Made by a program: the position numbers and the translations under genes
Notes under the pieces: generated by a model
The model's database searches: none
What the model saw: the letters and a program-made list of their open reading frames with translations, nothing else
Told to the model about the DNA's origin: nothing
In this document: piece by piece, positions 27,061 to 39,504 of the stretch
Position numbering within the stretch: the first letter of the stretch is position 1
Layout of the letters: each line of letters begins with the position of its first letter
Source of the DNA: Chiloscyllium plagiosum
Lineage: Eukaryota
Reading direction: 5' to 3'
Assembly (NCBI RefSeq): GCF_004010195.1
Contig: NC_057720.1
Coordinates: 18,199,087 to 18,263,086, forward strand
Length of the DNA: 64,000 nucleotides

Positions 27061-27213
27061 GGTTCCCCATGGGAGACTGTGAGCAAGGTTAGACTTCATG
27101 GAATACAGGGAGAACTCACCATTTGGATACAGAACTGGCTTAAAGTTAGAAGACAGAAGGTGGTTGTGGACAGTTGTTTTTCAGATTGGAGGCCTGTGAC
27201 CAATGCAGTGCCA
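27061..27213 (+). mobile_element. CR1 RT fragment
   Basis: SKVRLHGIQGELTIWIQNWLKVRRQKVVVDSCFSDWRPVT. Confidence 0.85.
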
Positions 27214-27475
27214 TTGGAGTTGATGGGGTGGAAAGTGAGGACTTTGGGGAGGGGGCTGTCCTTGTTGCGGTTGGAGGGGTGGGGTGCGAGGGTGGAGGTG
27301 TAGGAAGTGGATGAAATGCGCTGCAGGGCTTCATCACCATGTGGGAAGGGAAATTGCAACCTTTGAAGGAGGCGGCCATCTGGTGGAACTGGTCCTCCTG
27401 GGAGCAGATGCAGCGGAGGGGGAGAAATTAGAAGTAAGGGATAGCCTTTTTACAGAAGGCAGGGTGGGAGGTACT
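27214..27475 (-). mobile_element. Penelope-like internal fragment
   Basis: Matches 53400-53680 (gtccttgttgc...ggaggcggccatctgg...gggagcagatgcagcggag). Confidence 0.75.
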
Positions 27476-29299
27476 AAGTCCAGTGAACCAGATGGGTAGA
27501 TTCCACAATGGTTACATGGTTGCCATTAGGCTAATTTTAATCTCCAAATTTTATTTTTTATTGAATTCAAATGTTACCGTCAGCCCTGGAGAGATATGAA
27601 TCCATTTCCTCAGAACATTAGCCTTGATTTCTAATTCAGTAGACCAGTAACATTCGCACAACACCTCCACTCAGTACCGCAGTATTTTAAATTGGCACAA
27701 GCAATAGGCAGAAGCTGTCAAAAGTTTTGTTTTGCAAAATAACTGGCATTGACTTCAACACACAAGTTATCACCCTCAACATACCTTGAGCAGAGTAGTG
27801 AAAGGACATAACTAATGCAGTTCCGTCGTATACAAATGTAGTTAGAACATTTTAATCAGGCAATTACTATCCTTTTAACTGCATCTCAGGTCTCAATCTG
27901 AAAAATTAGATTTTACAACTAACAGTATTTCATTACATCTTAACCGATATGGTTATTCCTGAATTTATATAACTTTAGTTGAGAGATTCCACATTCATTT
28001 ACAAGGAATTATCTCAGTGAGTTTTCCAGGTTGCTGGTTAGGTGAGTATTTCTTTATTGACAGTTTCTCTTTCTTTTATCCTCTCTCACTTTGGAGCATC
28101 CTCCTCCAACGCCACTCCCTCTTGTAGCCTCCTCTTCCAACTCCACACTTCCTCGGCTGTTGGCTTCTCCTTAAATCCCTGCTCCCCCTTGAACCTTCTT
28201 TGTTTCCATCTTTTTCTTCCTCCCATCCATACTTGCAGTCTCCTCCCCTGTACTACTTAGAATCTAGCAAAATGGTCTAGCTAGTCAACCATGGGACAGG
28301 GGAGCTGCTTCAATGTGTATTTAAAACATGATTCTGGGTCAATATTTAAATATCTACATTTACAGACAAGTACACTGCATGATTCAGTGTACTCATATCC
28401 TCAATCGCAATAAATCCCAACCTCGGTATTTCAATGATACACAACAGAAAATGGAATAAAAATCATAGGAAGTACGGATGCTGAATTAGTTCTGAAGGAT
28501 CATATTAACCTTGATTTCTCTCCATAGATGCTGCCAGATCTTTTCCAGTAATTTCTACTTTTGACTCAGAAAATGGAATAACCCAGACTATTTTAAACTA
28601 GAAGTTATCCAAGCAGATAAACTTGTACAATGCTGGTAGAGCCATCATTCTACCTTGCTTCCACAAGTTAAAGAGAACAACCAACTATGTAAGCCAGAAA
28701 TATCTGAACAAATGCTTAACAAAATCATTAATATTCATTACTTAATGTAATCAATGCCACGACAAAGACCAGGTAGGTTTCACAATTTGTAACATAAACC
28801 AGAAACAGAAATGAAGTGAAATAACTGAATGAACAGGATGCATGAAATATTAATAGCAGGATATTTTATTGCATCTCGGAGAAAACATCGCAGTGAAATT
28901 CTCAGGACTAGTGCATCTCAAGTACAAATACCTGACGTACAGCATATAGACTGTAGCGGCTCAAGAATGCAACTCACCACCACTTTCTCAAGGGTAACTA
29001 GGGATAGGTAATAAATGCTGCCCAACCAGTAATATACAAAGGAGAATTTAAAAACAACCAGTAATTTATTTTAATAATCATTTTCCTGTCAACTATCATT
29101 TGAGAACTCATTGATCACTTGATGCCACTCAGAAATAGAAAAAAAACTATTTAACCCAATCACCAATTTCACAAGCCTAGGATCATCAACTTATTCCATG
29201 CAAAACACAAACTTGAAACATATTTAGCTTCAAATACTTTAAAGCCAGACCAATCATAATTCACACCGTCACTTCTCCAGTAAAAGGACCTTATAATGA

Positions 29300-29625
29300 T
29301 ATATGGCGGTTTCACACCTTTGAGATGTCCCAAAGCTTTCTGTAGACACCAGGGTATTTTTGAAGTGTGGTCACAATTGCAACAAAAAGCAAACCACTTA
29401 CGCAAAGTTCCAAAAACAGCAACTAGATAGTTGACTAAACAATCGGGTTTAGTTGTTGGTTGATATGAAAATGTTGGTCGAGGAATTGAGAGAACTCTCC
29501 TGGCCTTCGATAAAAGCAAGTCTCTATTCTCTTTCAAATAGAGCCATGCGTTCTTTTATTTCCAAAAGCACTGAGGTCTGCCTTTTCTCAGTCGACTGGA
29601 AGTTCATTTATAAACAACAATCTAC
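29300..29625 (-). mobile_element. Old DeuSINE-like copy
   Basis: The minus strand has the tcctcgaccaacattt...ttgctgtttttggaactttgcg...cacttcaaaaatac...aaagctttgggacatc pattern. Another plus-strand copy lies near 34750-35050. Confidence 0.55.
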
Positions 29626-30665
29626 ATTTTGTTTCACACTGCATTCTTTAATAACCTTTAATTTTGAAAAACATTTGGACAACATGACAATCAGAAAACT
29701 GATTGGAAAATGTTGCTAATACAAACGATTTTTAAATTTCAGAAACAGGTTATAAATTGTCCAAATCCTGTCTCTGAAACGAGTGTGGGGTGCTGGAAAA
29801 GCACAGCAGGTCAGGCAGCATCTGAGAAGTCGGAGAATGGACGTATCGGGTATAAGCCCTTCAAAATTCCTGAAGCAGCTTTTGAAGCCATCTTCACACA
29901 AGTAACTTTCTTGAAAATCTTAGGTACTTACAAAACAGATAACTTATGCAGGTCAATATTCAACAGACCAGGTAGTACATTCTTCATCAGGCCTCAGGTA
30001 CTTATCAGAAAAATTATCCCTAACTTCAAATTTTGGTCATCAACAGGTCATGTTATAATATATTCTATACTAATTCTCCATTAAGGAGCTTTTCTTTTGA
30101 CTTCAAACTAAAACCAATTAATTACACTTCCAAATATTTCAACAGCTTGGGTCATAGAGAGTTATAAAGGTCTACCACACAGAAAAAGCCCATCTTGTAC
30201 ATGCAAGTAAAAAACAACCACCCAACTATTCGAATCCCACTTTCCAGCACTTGGCCCATAGCCTGGTAGATACTGACAATGTAGTTAATGCAGAATACAA
30301 TAATAGAAGACAGCCAAACTGTTTCTATAATACAGGTAAATGTAACATATTGTTAGGGCTTTTTACAATTAGTTTGAATGTTTATTGTCAAGAGCTTGAA
30401 AAAATAATTTGTTTGAATCCACTCTTAGACTCGGAATATGAAATAGGCAAGACACTTTCTTTGCCAAAGGAGTTGCAGAATGTGCAACAGAAATATAGCA
30501 TTTTCAAGCAACAATTGTTGGATTACTTCAGAGAAAGGTTTTCAATTCAAACAGTGACAACTTCAGCTGAAATGTGTATGTTTTTGGACCAACTCTTAGC
30601 AAGATTGCAAGATAAAGTGTCTCATGTTGCCAGAACAGGAAAATTACAGAAAGACTATGACCAAT

Positions 30666-31076
30666 TGTAGTGATTGGACCAACCAGGTGGATCTCATTGG
30701 GTTAACAGCTCCAGTCAGAGAACTCTTACTCAATCAGGGAGTCTTGGCTTACAGATATAAACAGGAATGTGGAACTGGGATTTGAGGTTTATCCTCATCT
30801 CCCTGTAAACTGGTTGAAAGGTAGGGTGTGGGGCCTGGCTTTGCTGCTCCTCTCCCTTGTAAAATTGCTGTTGTATACAGCTGTAAATGTTAACTGTTTT
30901 TTGTAAACTGTTTTGTAATTTGTTTAATAAAATAATAAATAAATAAACAGGAATGTCAAGGAGTCTCCTCATTCCAGGGACTGGCTCTGAGCTAGCTGGT
31001 CAGAGTCCATGAACTGTGCACAGGTAAATAAAGGGTGACTTGGTGGTGAGATACCAGCCTCCTTAGAGTTATTTCA
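30666..31076 (+). mobile_element. Solo LTR of the Gypsy family seen at 39505-44097, containing a 172-bp insertion
   Basis: TGTAGT...TTATTTCA termini. Contains taaataaagggtgacttggtg and aatcagggagtc blocks homologous to the provirus LTRs. Flanks CCAAT/GCATT are only a weak TSD. Confidence 0.85.
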
Positions 31077-31139
31077 GCATTGCTCTTCAATTATTTTTAT
31101 AAACTGATAAAAGTGAAATATTTGGAAAAACAGGAGTGA

Positions 31140-32205
31140 TAAAAGGTATTCTCTTGGTGGTGATTAATGGTGTTCCATAATGATGTGCACTATATTTAAA
31201 GCCTTAGATTAGATATGAGACAGTCATAAACTGAAGTTTGCTGCTGGCACAAAGATTGCTGGTATGGTGCCATAGAGGAGCCATAGTGCAATATAATCTT
31301 GTTATTCCTCAGAATGCAGGAGTTTAAAGTTGATTTGAGGATTTTGAGTTTTGAAAGGAATTATTATGGCGAAGATTCTTTTTCCTCAGGAGATGGAATT
31401 TAGGTCAAAGGGATATAACCTATAAATTACAGTCAGGTATTCTGGAAAGAAGGGAGGAAATGCATGTACATGAAAGGGTGATAGAAGAATGAAAGTTTAT
31501 CCCACAAAAAGCAAGCTTATTGTAGAAGCAATAGATATTTTATTAACTTTAAATCAGAGATTGATGATTTTTTTTACCAGATAAGAATAGAAGAGGACTT
31601 GGGACAAAAACAGGTTTAGAGTGTTTAAGAATCAGTTCAGCCAAAACCTCACTACGTGGAAGAACCTTGTATCGAACACTGCAACTCAAATGCAGTTCTG
31701 GGTTTCATGTTATAAAAAGAATAAAGGAGCAATGGAGACAGGCCTGAGACAATTTATAGGGATAAAGGAAGAAATGCACAGGTGTACCTTTCAGGACAGG
31801 ATTGAGGAAGCATCGGCTGAGGAAGGACCTACTGGAGATCTTTAAAATTAGGAAAAGTCTTAGAGTAGATACATGAAAAGTGTTTCCTCTTGTGAGAAAG
31901 AACAGCTAGAAGCCATCACTATAAGATGGTCACCAAAAAAATCCAACAGGGAATTCAGAAGGAAACATTTTTTACCCAGAGTTGCAACAATGTGGAACTC
32001 ACGATCACAGAGGTCAGTTGAAGTGAATAGCACAGATGCACTTCAGGGAAGCAAGCTGGACATGTACAAGAGTGAGGGGGAAGAAAGCTTATGATGGTAG
32101 TTTTAAATCCAACCAAATGGGAGGAGATTTGAGTGAAGTCTAAACATCTGTATTGACCAGTTGGGCCCAAACGGCCAGTTGCTGCATTGCATCTTCTATG
32201 TAATC
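31140..32205 (+). mobile_element. Old CR1 fragments
   Basis: QMQFWVSCYKK, REFRRKHFLPRVATMWNS and a ttctatgtaa tail. Confidence 0.65.
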
Positions 32206-32916
32206 TTGGACAGGAGAAACCGAAAAGGGTGACTATTCTATGTTACTGCACCTAATGAATATCTCAAGGTTTTGTATTGCTATCCTATGTAGCAAGTTCA
32301 AAATTCTGATCACATAGGTTTGAATAAACTACGTAAGCAATTTAAGTACATTCAAAACAAAATTGAATAAAAGTGACGTCAAATGTTCAACTGATGGGTC
32401 AGTTAGAATTCCCAATGATTCTTCCATGAAAAATTTAAACTTCCCATGAAATGATTTTAGTATGCAAATGCACACTGTATTTGTTTTCCACAATACAAGC
32501 ACATGAAAAGATTTCTCTCCCCAAGGGGCCATGCTTCTTATGTGAACAAAGACATGGTTACCTTGTCAAGTTCATTTTTGCTCTTGGCCAATGAGTAGTA
32601 TGTCTTGCAAGGGTTTGCCAATTGCATACAACAGCAGAAAACAAGTTGTCTTCTCTGACCTTAACCCAGGCAGCAACCAAAGTTCTGAGATTAGCTTGGT
32701 AAACAATAAAATTGCAGATGAGAAAGCTCAGATTTTTGATCTGTATTGTTGAACTGCTTAGTTTATCAGGCACAATAGACATATAAGTGACTCACAGAAC
32801 CAACAAAGATTATTTGTGCAAAACATCTTACCTCCTGTTAACACGGAGGGAAATTGCACAATCCCCCTTCCAATACAGAGCTGTGCTGTTAGAAAAAATT
32901 AAAATTATACTCCTTT

Positions 32917-33228
32917 GAGTCATAGAGATGTACAGCATGGAAACAGACCCTTCGGTCCAACCCATCCATGCTGACCAGATATCCCAACCCAATCTATTCC
33001 CACCTGCCAGCACCCGGCCCACATCCCTCCAAACCCTTCCTATTCATAAACCCATCCAAATGCCTCTTAAAAGCTGCAATTGTACCAGCCTCCACCACAT
33101 CCTCTGGCAGCTCATTCCATACTCATACCATCCTCTGCGTGAAAAAGTTGCCCCTTAGGACTCTTTTACATCTTTCCCCTCTCACCCTAAACCTATGCCC
33201 TCTAGTTCTGGACTCCCCGACCCCAGGG
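32917..33228 (-). mobile_element. CR1/HER1 3' end
   Basis: PGVGESRTRGHRFRVRGERCKRVLRGNFFTQR with a ctctatgactc tail. Confidence 0.92.
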
Positions 33229-35139
33229 ATTTGCTCAGAACAAATCTCAGTGCAACTTATATTTTTCTCAATATCATCGTCCTGCCTGACAAAATGATTT
33301 ATCCCTCCACCCACATTTCCGAAAAGCTGAGATTTTGAAAATAAACAATAAATCAATTAATCAATCTTCTGTGGAAGATAGATATTTGACCTTAATTTGT
33401 ATTACTTTGCATATTATGCATCAATCATGATTTTCAATGTATACTTTAGTCACAGTAACACTAAACTTTAGTGGATAGGATCAAAAAGCACTATTCAAAC
33501 TTAATTAAGTGTACAGTATGTTTTGAAAAACAGTTTGTTTTACCTGAACATACAATTCCTGATTTTTCTGAATGTCAATTTACATTGGCAAAAACATTTT
33601 TTAAAAAACAGCCTCTTCAACTCAAACCTGTTGCTAATCATTTGCAGAGGCAAACATTGAGTTTGCATTACAAGTTTAAGAGATTAGGCAAGCCCTTAAA
33701 ACCTACATAACCGATAGTGACGAAAAGTACTAGATATATCAAGAAACGACACCCTTAATTTTTAGCCACAGCAGTAACATTGGGAGAAAGCTAAATATAA
33801 ATCATACTTAAATGACCACTTTTCATGCCTGCAAATACTTAGGACATTGTATTTAAAAGAAAATGCGTGAAAAGCATACAACTAAATGCACATATAAAGT
33901 GTTTTACAAAACGTTATTTTTGGACTGAATTTTGTACCAGCTACAAAACAGCCTGCAGTGCAATTTGCTCAAATCAATATTTAACTTGAACTTCAGATCA
34001 GCTTAAATGATAAGTCAATTAGACAAAATTTATAAAAACTACAATTTCTCAAAACACAAAACATAAATTCCTCGATCAAGTATCGTATACTATAATTAAC
34101 AAAAAATGCTTTGTCAGTTGCCTTCTCTCTGCAAGGAGGAATATGAACATTTTAAAAATTCAGTCTTGACGTTGCAATGTTTCAACTTCTTTAACAATTT
34201 GAATCAAAGATGCACATTTGCAAAATGGCATCAAGAGAAAGAGCAGATGGAAATGAAGGACAACTGTTTGAGTCAACAATCTGCCCTCACCATCTCTGCT
34301 GGTTGCCAACCAAGGTCCTCACTACAGGAGTGCCTACAAGGCTAAGTCAGAGATCACAATTCCTGATGAAGGACTTATGCCCAAAACATCGATTCGCCTG
34401 CTCCTCGGATGCTGACCCGCTGTGCTCTTCCAGCGCCACACTCTCAACAGGGATTACATGCCCATCACACTAAAAGCACAACAAGTGCTGACATCAAAGG
34501 ATTGGTGATAAACAGAAATCTTTAAGTAACAACTACACTGGAGAATTTTCAGTTTCTATTACCTCTCAATAATTCTGCTGAAAAGACTACTTATTACTGC
34601 TAAATATTCTCAGATTTGACATACACAACCGATGCATCATCTACATCATGACTTCATAATTTCCCTCATGGGTTATATGTTTTAACTCCAATATTCATTT
34701 TCTAATACATTATGTTGAGGCTGTTCTTAAAGTTCATGAATTACTAACAGAGTGTTGTTTAGTTGAACATGCTGCTGCTTCAGATGAGACATGAAAGTGA
34801 GGCCCAATTTCCCTCCTCAGCATTTCAGATAGATAGAGGAGAGTAGCTGTATACACTTGGTTGGCTAAAAATTCCTCCTTCGGCCAACACCATTTGAAAT
34901 CAACTATTTTGCAATCTACTTTCTTGCTGCATGTGGGTTCTGGCTGTGTATCAAAACAACTGCTGAATTTGCAGATTGTACTTCTAAAGTGACTAACACT
35001 GTATAATAACTGGACGCCTTGAAAAACCAGGAGGACATAATTGCAGGATCTTTTGTTCTCAATTATTTCAATGAATAAAAATTTCCCAAAGTTGGATTAG
35101 ACAAAGAACTTGTACTGGAGTTCTCCCTTTTCCTGGATA

Positions 35140-35570
35140 TTGTCACTGAGCAAATGAGAAGGAAAATGCCACGGGTCAATAAAATTTGCAGTTGACATTG
35201 AGCTATGTGGTGACAATGAAAACTTGACAAAGTTTCTGGAGAAAAACACCAGAAGACATGGGTCTGAAGGTCAGCAGACCAAAAGAATCAGCAGGTGGAC
35301 TGTCAGTTTGAGCCATTGATCAAAGTGACAATGGAAAACGTTACGATTGAATACTTGGAGAATGTGAGCAGTGTCAAGTACCTGGGTTCAGTGGTAGCTA
35401 ACATGGAAATATGTAAATGGAAATCAACCAGAGTCCTCTGGTTAGAGTAATTTGAAACACAGTGGAATCTTACGCAACAGAAACGTACTGCCGAAACTGA
35501 AAGAAAGAACTGAAAGAAATAATTGAGAGTCCTTGTTACATCATGTATAAACTTGGCAACATCAAGTTAC
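35140..35570 (+). mobile_element. Very decayed RTE-like RT fragment
   Basis: atgggtctgaaggtcagcagaccaaa (MGLKVS..K) and ttggagaatgtgagcagtgtcaagtacctgggttcagtggta (LENVSSVKYLGSVV). Confidence 0.5.
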
Positions 35571-36234
35571 ATAGAGAACAGATGCTGTGATAAACTTCTG
35601 GAGCAAGAAGGGAAAAATCACAAATCAGCACACAAGATCAGTGAAGACTAGGGAGCAAAAAGGAAAGTAGTGCGAAGAGATTACCATAATTTGGTGACTG
35701 CAGACAGCAAGAAGAATTGTAGAGAGGGGAAATTGATTGACTTGGGACTGTCAGCGTAGGGAGAAGAGGAAGGTCTAAGACGAAATGAAAAGATGCAGTG
35801 ATCAAAGACTCAAACATTGCAGGTTGGAAGGCAAATGGATAAGTGACAGGAGGAGATAAAGAAAGAACAACCAGCACAGTGATGATCTCAAATAAAATGC
35901 AAGGAACAAAAAGGAGAATTTCATAAAACTTCTCCAATTTCAATTTTCTTTACAATCGCATTCTGCTGAAAAAAAATCAACTTGGTAAAGTTGCAGCAAA
36001 AACAATTTTTCCATGAACTGGTAGTTTCTTGCCCCCCCAAATTATATTACAATATATAGTACAATAAGAAATGAAATTACCCATCTTCCAATCACTTCAA
36101 TAACTTGCACCTTCTTTTGTTTTGCATGATCAGACACAATGGATTTCAAGCATTCCCTCCTTTCCTCGTACATCATGGGTGGGGTTTCCATCTAACATGG
36201 AAGTCCTGAACCAAACAACTATCCCTCCATGCAG

Positions 36235-37634
36235 ATGTGCTTTTTGAGGAAGTAACAAAGAGGATTGATGAGGGCAGAGCAGTAGATGTGATCTATATGG
36301 ACTTCAGTAAGGCGTTCGACAAGGTTTTCCATGGGAGACTGATTAGCAAGGTTAGGTCTCATGGAATACAGGGAGAACGAGCGATGTGGATACAGAACTG
36401 GCTCAAAGGTAGAAGACAGAGGGAGGTGGTGGAGGGTTGTTTTTCAGACTGGAGGCCTGTGACCAGTGGAGTGCCATAAGGATCGGTGCTGGGTCCTCTA
36501 CTTTTTGTTATTTATATAAATGATTCGGATGCGAGCATAAGAGGTACAGTTAGTAAATTTGTAGATGACACCAAAATTGGAGGTGTAGTGGGCAGCAAAG
36601 AGGGTTACCCCAGATTACAACAGGATCTGGACCAGATGGGCCAACGGGCTGAGAAGTGGCAGATGGAGCTTAATTCAGATAAATGCGAAGTGCTGCATTT
36701 TGGGAAAACAAATCTTAGCAGGACTTATACACTTAATGGTAAGGTCCTAGGGAGTGTTGCTGAAAAAAAGAGACCTTGGAGTGCAGGTTCATAGCTCCTT
36801 GAAAGTGCAGTCGCAGGTAGATAGGATAGTGAAGAAGGCATTTGGTATGCTTTCCTTTATTGGTCAGAGTATTGAGTACAGGAATTGGGAGGTCATGTTG
36901 CGGCTGTACAGGACATTGGTTAGGCCACTGTTGGAATATTGCATGCAATTCTGGTCTCCATCCTGATGGAAAGATGTTGTGAAACTTGAAAGGGTTCAGA
37001 AAAGATTTACAAGGATGTTACCAGGGTTGGAGGATTTGAGCTATAGGGAGAGGCTGAACAGGCTGGGGCTATTTTAGATTCCCTTCAGGGTGGAAACAGG
37101 CTCTTCGGCCCAACCAGTCCACACCGACCCTCCGAAGAGTAACCCACCCAGATACATTTCCCTCTGACTAATGCACCTAACACTATGGGCAATTTAGCAT
37201 GGCCAATTCACATCTTTGGATTGTGAGAGGAAACCGGAGCACCCGGAGGAAACCTATGCAGACGAGGGGAGAAAAAGGAAGGAGCAATCTGATAGACCCG
37301 TTTCACCACAGAATGAAACATTCATGTTCTGGTTTTAACCCGGTGCCTAGGGACGGGTAGTCCAGAATAGATGGCATAGGTTTAGGGTGAGGGGGGAAAG
37401 ATATGAGAGACTTAAGGGGCAACTTTTTCACACAGAGGGTGGTACTTGTATGGAATGAACTGCCGGAGGGTGGAAGCTGGTACAATTGCATCTTTTAAGA
37501 GGCTTTTGGATGGGTATATGAATAGGAAGGGTTTGGCGGGATATGGGCCGGGTGCTGGCAGGTGGGAATAGATTGGGTTGGGATGTCAGGTCGGCATGGA
37601 CGGGTTGGACCAAAGAGTCTGTTTCTATGCTGTA
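36235..37634 (+). mobile_element. CR1/HER1 LINE RT to 3' tail, with an internal SINE piece
   Basis: VDVIYMDFSKAFDKV, LGPLLFVIYIND, FVDDTKIGG, PLLEYCMQFWSP; tail ctctatgactctatga. Confidence 0.94.
37073..37272 (-). mobile_element. HE1-type SINE 3' part inside a CR1
   Basis: tagattccc...gtggaaacaggc...ggaaaccggagcacccggaggaaacc; the tRNA head is missing. Confidence 0.82.
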
Positions 37635-39504
37635 CATCTCTATGACTCTATGAGTCAATGAGTTAGAATGTGAAGACTTAATTAAATGCAGAAATACCGT
37701 GAGGCTGAATCAATTATATAAGAACTCAAAGGCACCATTATGCAGCCCTGTAATTTCCTTCCCTACTCTCTATCCTGAATACCACATCGCATTGCTGCTT
37801 CCTGCTTCAAACATATCATGCCTGCACATCATTCTTAAACTCTTCAATTTTGTCGACAACCTAATATATCTTACTCCTAATAAATACTTCTCAAATCTTA
37901 AAAAATTACCAACATCTGTCACACTTTTCTCCTCAGCACTTTGCATCTCCCTTCACTTCATGCATGCCTCTAGTTCTTTTTCTTTCCTAAAAGTAATTTG
38001 CATTTAGTCGCAAGATTGAAAAAAAAGCAATTGTGAAAAATAAGTGATCTTACACCTGTCATGGCATTTTAAAGCAACAGAATTGTAAAAGAATGAATAC
38101 ATTGCTTATCGCTAAATGTTCAGTCATGAAATATGAATAGTGATCCAAAAAACAAATTGTTGATTAGATCGAATTGCTGTTAATATTCAAAATTAGACAT
38201 ATTCAAACACTTCCTCTATGAGCAACAGCATGCATGATCACATATATGGCTAAAAAAGGACAAGAACTCCAGTAAACTTGACCAGCTTGCTGGAATTTAC
38301 ATTACTGACGTCTCGTCAAAATGTACATTAGAAATCTCCAGTTTTCTCTTAAAGTAAAATCCTTTGCACTAAAAGCAATCCTACCTTGAGAAGTTCATAA
38401 TTTTTCAGTACATGCACAACATAAACATCAACTACACAGAGTCCAGTTAGGTTGAGCAAATAAAGCCCCAGTTCTATCTGTAGTTTAAACAAATGTGTCT
38501 CCTCCCCTTAACCTCTGCATCAAACAGCAGTACATAGACAAATGTTTGTTGCGGTTTAATAATTTTAGAATAGCATACCGTCTGCTTCATTCTGCATATG
38601 GCATTGCTGTATCTGACCTGGAAATGGAGTGACAAAAATAGAGAAAAAATAAATGCACCCGCACTAATTATTCTTGCTTAATGGTTAGCCAAAACTCAGA
38701 AATTTTTTTTTTTTTTAAATGTTTTTCTGAACTTTCTTTATCCACCAATCTTCTTTCTTGCCACTCCCTTGAAGGAATAAGTCACTGCTGGGATACCAAT
38801 GCACACGACAAATTATCCTTGGCCATTCTGCCCAAGTGAATAAGTATATAACCACAATGTAATAACAAAGGCTCTTGGAGGTAAATACTCATGAGGTCTG
38901 GAAACATTTGTTTAAAAAAAATAAAGACTGGAGCAAAACCCAAAAACTCCAATACTGGGTAAAACATCAGCGGTTGGGTAGATGAACTGCAGTTTACTCA
39001 GAATAACTACTCAACATTAGCTGTGTTGTTTTATTACCCTAGATTGAAGCTAATAGTTTGGCAGATTTGCTCCAGAGTTGTGGTTGGTTAGTTAATATCA
39101 AAGAGTCCAATTATGGCAGCTGGTGACCAAGGCTTCCTTATAACTTACAAACATAAACTGAATTTGAGATAATGGTTTTTTGGAGAGAAATTTGATGGAA
39201 ATACATCATATAACTTATAGCACTGCCTGAAAAAGCAAGCGATGAGCCAAATTAAAATGATCATTTTCTGCAAATGAATTTTTGCTGGTTTGCAGAGGCA
39301 AAGACCTGTTGGCTTTGTCACTGGGCATTAATCCAGAGACCCTGGCTAATGCTCTGGTGACATAGGTTGGAATTCCACCAGGGCAGATGGTGAGACTGGA
39401 ATTCAATAAGAACCTGGCATCTAAAATGGCCTAATAGTGATCATGTAACCCCTCTCAATTGCCATTAAAAGCCCATCTAGTTCAGAAACACCCTTCAAGG
39501 AAGG

